A stretch of 60,362 nucleotides of DNA from an uncultured Pseudomonadales bacterium (GCA_964603945.1 CAZRWP010000002.1:59527-119888), one strand, 5' to 3'. Positions 26,844 to 37,265 are shown, numbered from the stretch's first letter. Translations and numbers: made by a program. The notes: a model not told the origin generated them from the sequence alone.

Positions 26844-27442
26844 AAAGTCAGCGGATGGCGCGATCTAACCAAAGAACTTCTGAGGTGCCAATGCGCCGCT
26901 TAGCCTTAATTTTATTTGTCATTATTAGTTTAGTTGTGGCCGCTTTTTTAGCGGCTGATCGATTGTGGTTGTGGTTAGACAATAGGTCTGACTTTGGTCA
27001 GTCAGCGGACGTTGAAGTTCAAACAATCTTGCCTGAAGGATGGCAAGTGGTAGAGGTTGAAGAAGATGATCGTTTGGTGTTCCAAGCTCATAAGTTGACG
27101 GAGGAGTCAGCTGTTGCTCCAGCCGTAACAGTACTGCGAGCTGTCAAACCACCAGCAGTTTCCGCGGAAGAATATACGGCGGAATTAGTGGAAGCCGCCG
27201 AAACGGGATTAGATCAGCTTGATTTTGAAGAAAATACTTTTTCAACAGTAGAAGACCTGTCAATTCGCCGCTTGCGCGGTCAGTACCAGCAAGGCGAACA
27301 AATAGTCGGACTTAAACAGCAAATGTATATTAAAGGTGATGAGGTTTATACCTTTACCGGCATATTCCCGCTGGATTCACTGGCTTCAGTGGAAGTTGAG
27401 TTAATTTTTGATCAGGTTTTAGCTGACGTTATTGGCTGGTAG
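26840..27442 (+). CDS. hypothetical membrane-anchored protein
   Basis: ATGA overlap with the upstream gene. One TM helix then an acidic ectodomain. Confidence 0.5.
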   Translation: MKSQRMARSNQRTSEVPMRRLALILFVIISLVVAAFLAADRLWLWLDNRSDFGQSADVEVQTILPEGWQVVEVEEDDRLVFQAHKLTEESAVAPAVTVLRAVKPPAVSAEEYTAELVEAAETGLDQLDFEENTFSTVEDLSIRRLRGQYQQGEQIVGLKQQMYIKGDEVYTFTGIFPLDSLASVEVELIFDQVLADVIGW

Positions 27443-28655
27443 AAGTGCCGACTGGCACCACTATATAAACATAACCGGCATAATCATCTGAGATAAACAA
27501 TCGGCCGTTGGCGGACATTTCCAAATCAACTGGCCGGCCAATTGTGTTTCCATCGGCATACCAACCGGAAATAAAGTTTTCACTACCCTGAACCGTTGAG
27601 CCGTTGACGATTAGACGTACCACTTCGTACCCCCGTGGTTCGGTGCGGTTCCAGGAGCCGTGGTAAGCCACTAATAGGTCGTTTTGCCAGTCACTTGGCC
27701 AGTTGGTAGCAGAATCGATAAATTTCAGACCTAAGGGCGCGGAGTGAGCCGGCACCTCATAAACCGGCGCAATGGTATTTTCACAATCTGCCGGCTCACC
27801 TTCATTAAACTCTTCATCAAAAATTTGGTTGCCATAGCAAATTGGCCAGCCGTAATCACCGCCCTCTTGCAGGATGTTGATTTCATCAGGCGGTAACTCA
27901 TCCCCAAGCAGGTCGCGACCCATTTCAGTTCCCCAAATCTCGTCGGTTCCTGGTTTAGTGGTAATGAAAACGGCATTTCTTAAGCCTGACGAGTAAACCT
28001 GAGGGTTTTCGCCTTCAGAATTGGTTTGAATGACGGTGGCAATCCAGGGATGATTTTCAAAACAGGTGTCGCAAGTCGATCCCAGTGAAATATATAAATT
28101 GCCCTCCGAGTCAAAAGTCAGAGTATGGGTGTCATGACGACCGCCTGGTGGCAGGGTCAAAAGTTCACGATCAAATTCCGCTTGAAGGTTTTCCTCATTC
28201 CAGTTGTAGCGGCTCACTTGTGTTTCTTCAGCAACATAAAGCTGATCATTATAAAAAGCGAGTCCATGCGGATTCTCTAGATTACGCAAAATAATTTCCT
28301 GCCGGTCGACAAGGCCGTCATTGTCTTCGTCAGGCAGGGCAATAACTTGACCAGCGGCTGGCACACTGACTAATAAAGTTTGTCCAGGCGAAAACTGCAG
28401 ATCGCGGGCGTCTTGAATATTCTCAGCAAAAATACCAATAGCAAAACCAGGCTGGAGGTCTAGTTCAAACGGCAAAGGTTGTCCTAGCGCCTGAGTCGGC
28501 ATTTCAGATAGACCGTTAGTTTGTGAATTAGGTGGATTTGGCGAATCGCCAGGTTCAATTATTTCCTGATTGGGCTGATCAGTCAGAGATTGCCAGGCAC
28601 CCCACCCTATTCCCATCAGCAAGATAGCCGCCACTCCGATTAGCAATGCTTTCAT
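27429..28655 (-). CDS. PQQ-dependent sugar dehydrogenase-like beta-propeller (YliI/sorbosone dehydrogenase family)
   Basis: Signal or TM segment, then the pattern ...PHGLAF..., HDTHTLTFDSEGNLYISLGS, GLRNAVF...EIWGTEMGRD...PDEINILQEGGDYGWP..., which is typical of the family. Confidence 0.7.
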   Translation of the reverse strand: MKALLIGVAAILLMGIGWGAWQSLTDQPNQEIIEPGDSPNPPNSQTNGLSEMPTQALGQPLPFELDLQPGFAIGIFAENIQDARDLQFSPGQTLLVSVPAAGQVIALPDEDNDGLVDRQEIILRNLENPHGLAFYNDQLYVAEETQVSRYNWNEENLQAEFDRELLTLPPGGRHDTHTLTFDSEGNLYISLGSTCDTCFENHPWIATVIQTNSEGENPQVYSSGLRNAVFITTKPGTDEIWGTEMGRDLLGDELPPDEINILQEGGDYGWPICYGNQIFDEEFNEGEPADCENTIAPVYEVPAHSAPLGLKFIDSATNWPSDWQNDLLVAYHGSWNRTEPRGYEVVRLIVNGSTVQGSENFISGWYADGNTIGRPVDLEMSANGRLFISDDYAGYVYIVVPVGTSTSQ

Positions 28656-28742
28656 ACAAACACTCTTTCAATCTGATGTAAGAAAATGGTGAAGTTTAAA
28701 GTTGTCTGACTACCTTTGACACCGAATTTGGTCAACATAAAA

Positions 28743-29870
28743 TTAGTCATCGGTCAGCTGGTCACCGATCTGACTGATTTGCTCTAGATGTTTAAGCCGT
28801 TCCTGTTTGGCGGAGCCTGTCAAGAAATATGGTTGGCCGTAATCTTCAATCAGAACCGGCAGAAACTCAGCATCTATTAGCTTGTTTTCATAAAAAGTAT
28901 ATCGTCCAGCTAAGCCCTGGCGGGTTTCCGTTGACCACATCTGATCAAACACAAAATTACCATGCGAATACATAATTAGAGTGTCCTCAAAAAATTCTAA
29001 CTCCTGATACCAATGAGCATGATTACCAATTACTAAATCAGCGCCAGCTGTTACGGCGGCCTGGGCTAATTCTCTTTGCCGAGCCGTTGGATGGTATGTA
29101 TACTCTTCTCCCCAATGGAAAAAGGGAATTACGACGTCAGAGTTTTGTTTAGCTTGGGCGATATCCATTTTTAACTGGGCCATATCAGCCGGATTGATCA
29201 TGTTTTGAGTTGCGCCTAAATCTGTATAGCCAAGAAAGGTGAAGGTTATACCGTTGCGCTCGATCACTGTGGGTTTACCAAGGAGACCGGTGGTTTGCAC
29301 TCCAGCCGAGTCTAATAATTCGACAGTTTCAGTTACTCCCGCTGGACCCTGATTTAAGGCATGATTATTGGCTAGACTAGCTACGTCCACCCCCGCCCAA
29401 CTTAGAGTTTCGGCGTGATTGGGATCGCCACAAAAAATCATCCGGTCGCGCATGGGCGGACAGTTAGCAATTAGCGGTGTTTCCAAATTTACCACGGTAA
29501 TATCAGCTTGGCGCAGAACATCGGCCGTTTTTAAAAATGGCCAGTGCCAATCTTGCCGGTTAATACTTTGATAATTCACTTCTCTAGCCAGAAGTACGTC
29601 GCCAGTCACCAAAACGGTTGTTATCAGGTCGGCAGAAAGTGTCGCTGTCCAACTGTGGTCATCAGCAAAAATGGTAGAGAAATCAGGCGAGTTTGGCTGG
29701 AACGCAGGTTCAGACTTAGAAGGAAAGTCTAACTGGTCATTAGGCGATGGATTTAAGGGCGCCAACACTATTTTGGCCGTATCTAACTGCCAAACAATAA
29801 AACTGCAGAGAATTATTAAAAGGGATAACCAAGCCAAGATAATAAGTATTCGCCGTCGTTTTACTAGCAT
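28743..29870 (-). CDS. CapA-family (PGA_cap metallophosphatase-like) protein
   Basis: CapA motifs LANNHALNQG, FFHWGEEYTYHPT and GADLVIGNHAHW. N-terminal TM anchor. Confidence 0.8.
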   Translation of the reverse strand: MLVKRRRILIILAWLSLLIILCSFIVWQLDTAKIVLAPLNPSPNDQLDFPSKSEPAFQPNSPDFSTIFADDHSWTATLSADLITTVLVTGDVLLAREVNYQSINRQDWHWPFLKTADVLRQADITVVNLETPLIANCPPMRDRMIFCGDPNHAETLSWAGVDVASLANNHALNQGPAGVTETVELLDSAGVQTTGLLGKPTVIERNGITFTFLGYTDLGATQNMINPADMAQLKMDIAQAKQNSDVVIPFFHWGEEYTYHPTARQRELAQAAVTAGADLVIGNHAHWYQELEFFEDTLIMYSHGNFVFDQMWSTETRQGLAGRYTFYENKLIDAEFLPVLIEDYGQPYFLTGSAKQERLKHLEQISQIGDQLTDD

Positions 29871-29936
29871 CACTACTCTTAGACGTATTGTAAGACTAAA
29901 TTAAGTTAGCTGATAGGGATATTTTTAGACAGAGAT

Positions 29937-30512
29937 TTACTTCTCACTGGCAACTGCAGATTTTTCAGAACTCAAATTAAATTGATGATCCAAAGCTTTG
30001 GCGGTAATTAACATACCTAATCCGATGGGCAAGGCAATTAAGGTAGTCGTTAGTTGGGCTCGCAAAAATGGCAGGCCATTTAAGTAAGACAAAGTTAGGC
30101 CAGCTAAAGTGTTGGGGTACATATTCCAGGAATCAAATAACCAGACGCCAAAATTAGTCCAGAGGAAGAAAAAGATATTACTTCCCAAACCAAAAGTAGT
30201 GCCAAATAGCATGGTTTTCCAGGCTTGCGAGCTGGTTAGCCGTACCAGCCATGGTGCCAGGAGTAAAGGCAGGAGAAAACCGCTCCAAGTGAACAGAAAA
30301 ATATTGGTGTTGCCGATCACTAAATCGGTACCAATCAATAAAAGTGCCATTAAAGTTAGGCTATTTTTACGGGATAAAACTAAACTGCTGACAACCATGA
30401 AAACCGTAATTAATTCGCGGTTTGGTCCTAAGTCAGCCAATGTCCGTTCAAAAAAAGCGACACCAAATAAAACTAGCAGAGTTAATATGGCAAAGTTATT
30501 CCAAGACTTCAT
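29937..30512 (-). CDS. polytopic membrane protein, possible substrate-capture (ECF S-component-like) protein
   Basis: About 6 TM helices and small size. Overlaps the upstream DUF4430 gene by 17 nt. The functional guess rests on context only. Start set at ATG 30512. Confidence 0.35.
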   Translation of the reverse strand: MKSWNNFAILTLLVLFGVAFFERTLADLGPNRELITVFMVVSSLVLSRKNSLTLMALLLIGTDLVIGNTNIFLFTWSGFLLPLLLAPWLVRLTSSQAWKTMLFGTTFGLGSNIFFFLWTNFGVWLFDSWNMYPNTLAGLTLSYLNGLPFLRAQLTTTLIALPIGLGMLITAKALDHQFNLSSEKSAVASEK

Positions 30513-31017
30513 ATTTCCATTCAATTAAATCACCTGGCTTTAAGATGTACTGGTCAGATCCAACTTGAGCAGATTCTCCGTTGATGTAGTAGAGCCAGGT
30601 AAATTCAGCGCTGGCAGTGGCGGTACCAATACCAGAGACAAAACTGCCGAAATCATATGTATCAATATTTAGTTGAAGATTGTTTTCGGCTGAAGCTGAC
30701 TGCAAAAGACTTAAAGCGGTAGCATTTTCACTGATCGCTTCATCAGCTGGCTGATCAAAAGTAATGACCTCAGCTTGAGGGAGGTAAATCTGAGCCCGAA
30801 CCATTGATTCAGCTGGCGCTTCGCCGGCTGACGCCATGGCGTTTTGACTACCAGTTAAATTGTCTGTCTCAACCATAGTTGAGGGAGATGGTGTTGGTGA
30901 TGAAATATTGTCAGTTAAGCCAGACAATATATCAGCTTGAGGAAAAACTTGATTTAAGACCAGTATCAGTGCTAGGGCGGCTAAGAGAAAGACTATCAGT
31001 TGTCTGATTGATTTCAT
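30496..31017 (-). CDS. DUF4430-like (transcobalamin-like fold) secreted protein
   Basis: Signal peptide plus the C-terminal pattern WLYYINGESAQVGSDQYILKPGDLIEWKY, characteristic of DUF4430. Confidence 0.6.
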   Translation of the reverse strand: MKSIRQLIVFLLAALALILVLNQVFPQADILSGLTDNISSPTPSPSTMVETDNLTGSQNAMASAGEAPAESMVRAQIYLPQAEVITFDQPADEAISENATALSLLQSASAENNLQLNIDTYDFGSFVSGIGTATASAEFTWLYYINGESAQVGSDQYILKPGDLIEWKYEVLE

Positions 31018-31028
31018 AGGTCTCGCTA

Positions 31029-32849
31029 TTATGCCGAATTTTTGGCCATTCGTAAACGGGAGATGCGGTCTAAATATCTTTTGCGCAAACGCAGAGATTT
31101 GGGTGTGGCTTCCAACAATTCATCATCTTCCAAAAAGTCGAGAGATTGTTCCAAACTTAATTCCATGTGCGTATCCAGATGAGTGGTAAAGTCTGCTGAA
31201 GCCGCCCGGGTATTGGTTAATTTTTTCTGCTTGCAGATATTAAAGTCCATGTCTTCACTACGTTTGTTCAGACCAATAATCATGCCCTCATATACTTCAG
31301 TTCCAGGCGGAATGAAAGAAACACCACGTTCCTGCATACTTTCCATGGCATATCTGGTTGAGATACCGCGCTCAAAGGCAACTAGCGCGCCACTGCGAAG
31401 TTTGGGTGCACTCTCCCCTTTAGGAAAGTAACCTAGTAGTTGGCTGGAAAATTGCATACTGCCACGAGTTTTGGTAATTAGGTCACTACGCAAACCCAAC
31501 AAGTTGCGCGTGGACAAACGATAAACAAAACGAGTCATACCTTGGCTGTTGTTCCAGGTGTCGCGCAGTTCACCCTTACGCTTGCCCATTTCCTCAATCA
31601 CTACGCCCATGTAGTCTTGATCAACATCAATGGTGACTTCTTCATAAGGTTCATGAATTTCGCCATCAACTTCCTTAAAAATAACTTCAGGTTTGCCGAC
31701 TTCCATTTCAAAACCTTCGCGGCGCAGATTTTCAATTAAAACCGACAGGTGAAGCTCGCCGCGTCCGTAAACCATAAAGCCATGTCCGTCAGGGTTTAAT
31801 TCGATGCGCAAGCCGATGTTTGTTTTTTTCTCCTGATTTAAGCGTTGCTCCAGCTGGCGGGCGGTGCCAGTTCCTTCCCGTCCGGCAAAGGGCGAAGTAT
31901 TAGGTGCAATGTTCATTTTTAAGGTTGGCTCAGTTAAGGAAATTTTGGGGAAACCAGTGGGGTCACTGGGATCCGTAATCGTGGTTCCGATGACAAAATC
32001 ACTAGCACCGGTCAAGGCAATAATGTCACCTGGCTGACTGGACTCAATTGGTTGGCGCTCTAAACCTAAACTGGAAAAAACATTAGTTACGTTGAAGGAG
32101 CCTACCTGTTTATCTTCATCCATGATTAAGAGGCGCTGACCATTTTTAACCGTACCCTGGCTGACTTTGCCGATTGCATAACTGCCTTTGTAACTGTCGA
32201 AATCCAAGGTGGAAATTAGCATCTTAAAGGGTTGGTTGGCCTGAGCTTGCGGCGCCGGCACAGTCTTAATGATTTGTTCAAATAGCGGCTCTACATTGCC
32301 GTCGGCCTCAAAACTGCTGGGCAGGTCCGCCCAGACTTTGCCGGCGCGTCCCACCGCGTACAATATCGGGAAATTAAGCTGCTCTTCGCTGACGGCTAAT
32401 TTTAGGAAAAGATCTTCAGTTAAACTGATCACTTCAATCGGACGCGCATCCTGGCGGTCAATTTTATTGATGACGACAATAACTGGTAGATTCTGTTCTA
32501 GTGCTTTTTGCAGAACAAATTGAGTTTGAGGCATTGGGCCTTCAGCTGAATCAATAATAAGCAAGGCGCCATCAGCCATGTTGATAACGCGCTCAACTTC
32601 GCCACTGAAATCAGCGTGTCCAGGCGTATCGATAATGTTAATTTTGGTATCACCAAACATGACCGCGGTATTTTTAGCCAAGATGGTAATGCCCCGTTCC
32701 CGTTCCTGATCGTTTTGATCCAGAATCGTGGTTTGATCCATCTCCGCCTGGTTATCGCGGAAAGTATGAGTCTGTTTGAGCATGGCATCCACCAACGTAG
32801 TCTTGCCGTGGTCCACATGCGCGATGATAGCAATATTTCGAATTTGCAT
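31029..32849 (-). CDS. typA: translational GTPase TypA/BipA
   Basis: G1 [10 protein letters not shown]3 DTPGHADF, G4 NKID, and full-length BipA architecture at 606 aa. Confidence 0.95.
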   Translation of the reverse strand: MQIRNIAIIAHVDHGKTTLVDAMLKQTHTFRDNQAEMDQTTILDQNDQERERGITILAKNTAVMFGDTKINIIDTPGHADFSGEVERVINMADGALLIIDSAEGPMPQTQFVLQKALEQNLPVIVVINKIDRQDARPIEVISLTEDLFLKLAVSEEQLNFPILYAVGRAGKVWADLPSSFEADGNVEPLFEQIIKTVPAPQAQANQPFKMLISTLDFDSYKGSYAIGKVSQGTVKNGQRLLIMDEDKQVGSFNVTNVFSSLGLERQPIESSQPGDIIALTGASDFVIGTTITDPSDPTGFPKISLTEPTLKMNIAPNTSPFAGREGTGTARQLEQRLNQEKKTNIGLRIELNPDGHGFMVYGRGELHLSVLIENLRREGFEMEVGKPEVIFKEVDGEIHEPYEEVTIDVDQDYMGVVIEEMGKRKGELRDTWNNSQGMTRFVYRLSTRNLLGLRSDLITKTRGSMQFSSQLLGYFPKGESAPKLRSGALVAFERGISTRYAMESMQERGVSFIPPGTEVYEGMIIGLNKRSEDMDFNICKQKKLTNTRAASADFTTHLDTHMELSLEQSLDFLEDDELLEATPKSLRLRKRYLDRISRLRMAKNSA

Positions 32850-33003
32850 AGTTTTTTATTTGGTTGAAGGATATTCCTTCGCCTATTTTGGCGCCTTTTC
32901 AGTGCCATTTGTAATGAGGTCTGATTAGCTGATGAATTAGGCCTTTTTTCGTGAATAGCGGCGGGAATGTAATCTGGCAGGCCCGGTGCTACTTAAGGGA
33001 GAA

Positions 33004-33012
33004 ATTATACCA
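33004..33012 (-). promoter_or_regulatory. extended -10 promoter element upstream of typA
   Basis: TGGTATAAT on the minus strand about 155 nt upstream of the typA ATG, implying a long 5' UTR. No good -35 box. Confidence 0.4.
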
Positions 33013-33061
33013 CTGGGGAGGCAATAAAACTATAATTGATTATTACAATAGAAGATACGGT

Positions 33062-33529
33062 TTATTCGGAGCTGTAACCGGTATTGTAAGATTTTTTTTC
33101 GCTCCTAATCCAAACAATTTGACCGGTTGTTTTGGTATTATTAGGTTTTTCGTCGTTGCTTCCAGAATTAGTTCCTTCGCCAGTGTTTGAGGGATTAAGC
33201 TCCTCGCCAACTGGATTATTGGAAATATCAATTTTTTGACGGGCTCCCATTTGAGCAGAACGTAATATGGCGCTATAACCTAAGTAGTTTAAGAAAGTTA
33301 CCGCTTCTCCCGCTGTAAAGTCGGTGTATTTTAGAATAAAGCTTCCAATGTCAATCCCAAGAACCTTTTTGCGAGGGTTTTGAGACAACTCAGCTGTATA
33401 AGCTTTAACTTTAATTTCAAGATCTCTAATATATTGCTCACTCTTTTTCGTTAATTTCACAACTTTATCAATATCACCTTTTAGCTCAGATGGGGATGGG
33501 AGAGATTCCTTTTTTGATGTTCTTGTCAT
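33062..33529 (-). CDS. hypothetical protein
   Basis: 155-aa ORF with an AAGGA SD 7 nt upstream and a TATAAT about 30 nt upstream. No recognisable domain. The C-terminal third is low complexity. Confidence 0.45.
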   Translation of the reverse strand: MTRTSKKESLPSPSELKGDIDKVVKLTKKSEQYIRDLEIKVKAYTAELSQNPRKKVLGIDIGSFILKYTDFTAGEAVTFLNYLGYSAILRSAQMGARQKIDISNNPVGEELNPSNTGEGTNSGSNDEKPNNTKTTGQIVWIRSEKKSYNTGYSSE

Positions 33530-33643
33530 AATTGGTCCTTAATTTTGTAAGTTGCATTATAACTTAAATCAGAAACTTCAGGCAAAATTACTTCAATAAA
33601 TCAACTAATTTTTAAAGTTAAGCACAGTTAAATTATGCCTATT

Positions 33644-35527
33644 TCAGCGCAATTTAGCCGAAAACTGACTGGTCAGAATTCTAATCACTTCTTCTCTGGC
33701 TGGCTGGATGCTATCAGTGCTAATAGTGCGTTTTGGATCATGGTAAGCCAAATGCAGGAAGACATTTTTGTGGTCGCCAGTCTTAAATGGCGGTTCGCCA
33801 AGCTCAACACTGTAAATTAGTGGATCGGCTTGTTTGATCTGGTTGATCATGTCCCCTACTCTGGTTTCAGTTGGAACAGAGATGGATAAATCCTGCAAGA
33901 TTAGCTGTGGCGGAGAAGTTAGCACATGCTGAGTCTCAATCGTTGGCCGCTTAAGCAAGCTATCCAGATCAAGTTCAACAACAAATACTTGCTCATTTAT
34001 TGCTGTGATCGTGTAGACAGAATCATCTGGCGCGTAGCCTAGACGGATCAACAAACCCTCTGCAACACCTTTAATCTTCTGATAATTGGCGTTCTTGTCA
34101 GCTAACAAAAAGCCTACAGTGTGCTTTTCTAAATACTGGTCATTTTCCTTAAAATAAATGCGTCCGACTTCAAAAAGTTTGATCGATTCTTGGCGATATT
34201 TGCGCCGGTAACTCAGACCTTGCTCTAACATTGGCCTCAAACTTGTCCGAAGCATAACTTTTTCACTGGAGAGTGAATTTTCCAGGTAAACTGGTTCGAG
34301 TGCGCTTTCTTCTTCTTTGGTTAGGGGTTCGGTAATTTGTTCGTCATAGCCAATTGAGGTGAAGTAATCTCGGACTTTTTCACCCAGGTCATAGGCGGCT
34401 GATTGAATACTCTTAGGCGGCGGGTTGCTTGGCAAGCGTGAGGGCAAATTGTCATAACCATGAATGCGGATCACTTCTTCAACAACATCTGCCTCTTGTT
34501 CCAGATCTGTCCGGAAATATGGCACTCTAACCAGGAGTTCGTTGTCACTTTTAAGCTCAGTGGAAATGAATAGTTTAGCCAGGAGATCCTGAGCTTGCTG
34601 CATGGTAAAGCTAATTCCCGCAATCCGGTTTAGATACTCTTGCGTGAGAGTGACCGTCGTTTCTGGCTTGGGGTTTGGATAAGCATCGCGATGCCCAGTA
34701 ACCTCACCGCCGCACAGTTCTATTATCAAGTGGGAGGCTCTCAGCAAGGCAAGCTCAGTTAGATGTGGGTGTAAGAATTTTTCCAGCCTGGTAGATGATT
34801 CGGTGCGCAAAGTGTGACGCAAGGTACTTCGGCGGATACTAGCCTGGTTGTAAGTGGCCGCTTCCAAAATAATTGAGTTAGTGGCTGGGCTGACGCCACT
34901 GCCCTCGCCGCCCATAACGCCAGCTAAAGCCAGCGCTTGTTGGGAATCGGCAATAACTAGATCATCAGTGGTTAATTCTACTTTCTTACCGCCTAGAACC
35001 ACAAGTTCCTCACCCTCATGAGCTGAACGGACAAACAAGTGCTGATCAGTTACTTTTTTAAAGTCAAAAGCATGCAGAGGCTGACCAATCTCAATCATGA
35101 CAAAGTTGGTGATATCAACTACATTATTGACTGATTTGATGCCCATGGCCTCCAGTTTTTGGGTCAACCATTCTGGTGACTGGCCAACGGTGAGACCTTC
35201 AATAGTAATGGTGTTAAAGCGGTAGCAGAGGTCAGGATTTTCAATGGTGACTTGTGTGGGACCATTTTCCTCTGGCAAAGCTGAAAGGTAAATGTCTGGC
35301 GTTTTGAGATCGAGTTCGAGGGCGGCCGCTGATTCGCGGGCGACGCCGAGCAGTGATAAAACGTCGGAGCGGTTTTGGCGCACTTCCAAATCATAAACCT
35401 GGTCATTGGCAATTTGTTGCGGCGGCCCATCCTGCAAATGCCCGATAGCGGTGAGCTTGTCCATTAACTCCTCTGAGCGGCCGCCCACTTCAACATAATC
35501 ATTCAGCCAGTTTAGTGGGACTTTCAT
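33644..35527 (-). CDS. pheT: phenylalanine--tRNA ligase beta subunit (short form)
   Basis: B1 N-terminus MKVPLNWLNDYVE, B3/4, B5 and catalytic-like domains, and a C-terminal FDX-ACB-like domain. ATGA overlap with pheS. At 627 aa, the OB-fold tRNA-binding (B2) segment appears to be absent. Confidence 0.9.
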   Translation of the reverse strand: MKVPLNWLNDYVEVGGRSEELMDKLTAIGHLQDGPPQQIANDQVYDLEVRQNRSDVLSLLGVARESAAALELDLKTPDIYLSALPEENGPTQVTIENPDLCYRFNTITIEGLTVGQSPEWLTQKLEAMGIKSVNNVVDITNFVMIEIGQPLHAFDFKKVTDQHLFVRSAHEGEELVVLGGKKVELTTDDLVIADSQQALALAGVMGGEGSGVSPATNSIILEAATYNQASIRRSTLRHTLRTESSTRLEKFLHPHLTELALLRASHLIIELCGGEVTGHRDAYPNPKPETTVTLTQEYLNRIAGISFTMQQAQDLLAKLFISTELKSDNELLVRVPYFRTDLEQEADVVEEVIRIHGYDNLPSRLPSNPPPKSIQSAAYDLGEKVRDYFTSIGYDEQITEPLTKEEESALEPVYLENSLSSEKVMLRTSLRPMLEQGLSYRRKYRQESIKLFEVGRIYFKENDQYLEKHTVGFLLADKNANYQKIKGVAEGLLIRLGYAPDDSVYTITAINEQVFVVELDLDSLLKRPTIETQHVLTSPPQLILQDLSISVPTETRVGDMINQIKQADPLIYSVELGEPPFKTGDHKNVFLHLAYHDPKRTISTDSIQPAREEVIRILTSQFSAKLR

Positions 35528-36564
35528 ACTTTCTCCTCAATGACTAATTCGCCGCTGTACAGTTTACGGATATCCTTGATGCCGTATTTGAGCATTACCA
35601 GGCGGTCAATGCCCATGCCAAAGGCAAATCCCGACCACTCGCGGTCATCAATGCCGCAGTTGCGCAAGGCATTGGGGTGAACCATGCCGGCACCCAGCAC
35701 CTCAATCCAGCCACGGTACTTGCAAACCTGGCAGCCTTCGCCATGACAAAAAGTACACTTAATATCCATGCCGGCACCCGGCTCGACCTGCGGGTAATAC
35801 TTACAGCGGAATCGAGTCTCAATATCGGAGCCATAAAGATACTCGGCAAAAGCCCGCAGCGTCCCCTTTAGCTCAGCCATACTCAAATTTTTATCAATTA
35901 CCAGACCCTCATATTGATAGAACATGGCGCTATTGGTGGAATTGGTGGTTTCATTGCGGTAGACCTTGCCTGGAACCACAATCCTCAGCGGCAGTTCTTC
36001 CGTGGTCATTGCCCTGGTCTCAACAGAGGATGTGTGAGTGCGCAGTAAATACTCCGGCTCATGAATATAGAAAGTATCCGCCAAATCGCGGGCGGGATGG
36101 TCGAGTGGCAGATTCAGTTTGTCAAAGTTAAATTCATTGGTCTCAATTTCCGGACCCTCATAAACGCTGTAACCCAAATAATGAAAAAAGTGATTAAGCT
36201 GACGCAACATTTGCGTGGTGGGGTGCAGATGACCAATATGTGGCAGTTCTCCTGGCAGAGATGTATCAATCTCAGCGGATATGCCTGACTGATTGCCGCC
36301 AGTTTCGCTGAGTGCCTGACGTTTATCTTTAATATCTTGAGTAATTTTATTTTTGAGCTGATTTATGGCTTGGCCTACTTGTTTGCGCTGATCGAGTTTC
36401 AAATTGCTTAGTTGTTTGGAAACCTCTTGCAAAGCACTTTTGCGGCCTAGGTATTTGGTTCTAAAATTATTCAGCTCATCAAAAGTCTTGACTTTAGCCA
36501 AGTCAGTTTCTGCCGAGGTTTGAATTTCCGGCAAAGCGGTTAAATTTGGAGCTGATTCATCCAT
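35524..36564 (-). CDS. pheS: phenylalanine--tRNA ligase alpha subunit
   Basis: Class II aaRS motifs (HPARDLADTFY, LRTHTSSV, GFAFGMGIDRL) and the typical N-terminal coiled coil. Confidence 0.95.
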   Translation of the reverse strand: MDESAPNLTALPEIQTSAETDLAKVKTFDELNNFRTKYLGRKSALQEVSKQLSNLKLDQRKQVGQAINQLKNKITQDIKDKRQALSETGGNQSGISAEIDTSLPGELPHIGHLHPTTQMLRQLNHFFHYLGYSVYEGPEIETNEFNFDKLNLPLDHPARDLADTFYIHEPEYLLRTHTSSVETRAMTTEELPLRIVVPGKVYRNETTNSTNSAMFYQYEGLVIDKNLSMAELKGTLRAFAEYLYGSDIETRFRCKYYPQVEPGAGMDIKCTFCHGEGCQVCKYRGWIEVLGAGMVHPNALRNCGIDDREWSGFAFGMGIDRLVMLKYGIKDIRKLYSGELVIEEKV

Positions 36565-36648
36565 AACTGCATTATAGCTGTATATATCTATTACTTCTTC
36601 CGTTGAATCTAAGTTAGCTGAGTAAGCAAAAATTTTGCTGATTCTACC

Positions 36649-37077
36649 CTACTTTTTTGCAACGATAAACAGACCGATAGCGATCAGAATAAACGGCCAG
36701 AGCAGTTCCAGACGCAAGAAAGTAAAGTTGTCCAACACAAACAAGATGCCTAAAAAGATGAGAATGATGCCCAACCACTGGCGTGGTTTTTGTTTGGCAA
36801 TGACGCCAGTGTCATTAACCATTTCCTTGGCCTTGGTACTGATTTCCTGAGCATTTTGACGCATGATTGTTTCTGTGTTGTCTGCCAGTTGAGATTTTTG
36901 CGGAATCACCAGCCAAAGAACAATGTAAATTAAGACCCCTGAGCCGCCAAAGACGGTCAACAGGACAAAAAGCAGACGAATTAAAACTGGATCAACTTCA
37001 AAATACTCCCCTAGTCCGCCAGCTACGCCAGCTAACACCTGATTGTCTTCGGTTCGATATAGCTTTTTTGTTTCCAT
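36649..37077 (-). CDS. PspC-domain membrane protein
   Basis: PspC motif LYRTEDNQVLAGVAGGLGEYFEVDPVLIRLLFVLLTV. Start set at ATG 37077; alternatives are ATG 37161 and TTG 37194. Confidence 0.7.
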   Translation of the reverse strand: METKKLYRTEDNQVLAGVAGGLGEYFEVDPVLIRLLFVLLTVFGGSGVLIYIVLWLVIPQKSQLADNTETIMRQNAQEISTKAKEMVNDTGVIAKQKPRQWLGIILIFLGILFVLDNFTFLRLELLWPFILIAIGLFIVAKK

Positions 37078-37265
37078 ATGTATTCCTATAGTCTCATTTT
37101 GATCGAGAGCTGATTTTATCACCAGATCATAGTCTATTCCCAAACCCGCTTTTTTGTCCATTTCTTTAGCTAAAAATGGCAAAACTTTGATCAAATTGAC
37201 AGTAAAAAATTACAAAAATGGTGTATTTTGGACAGACTATGATCTGGCGCTGGCGCGCCACTCGA

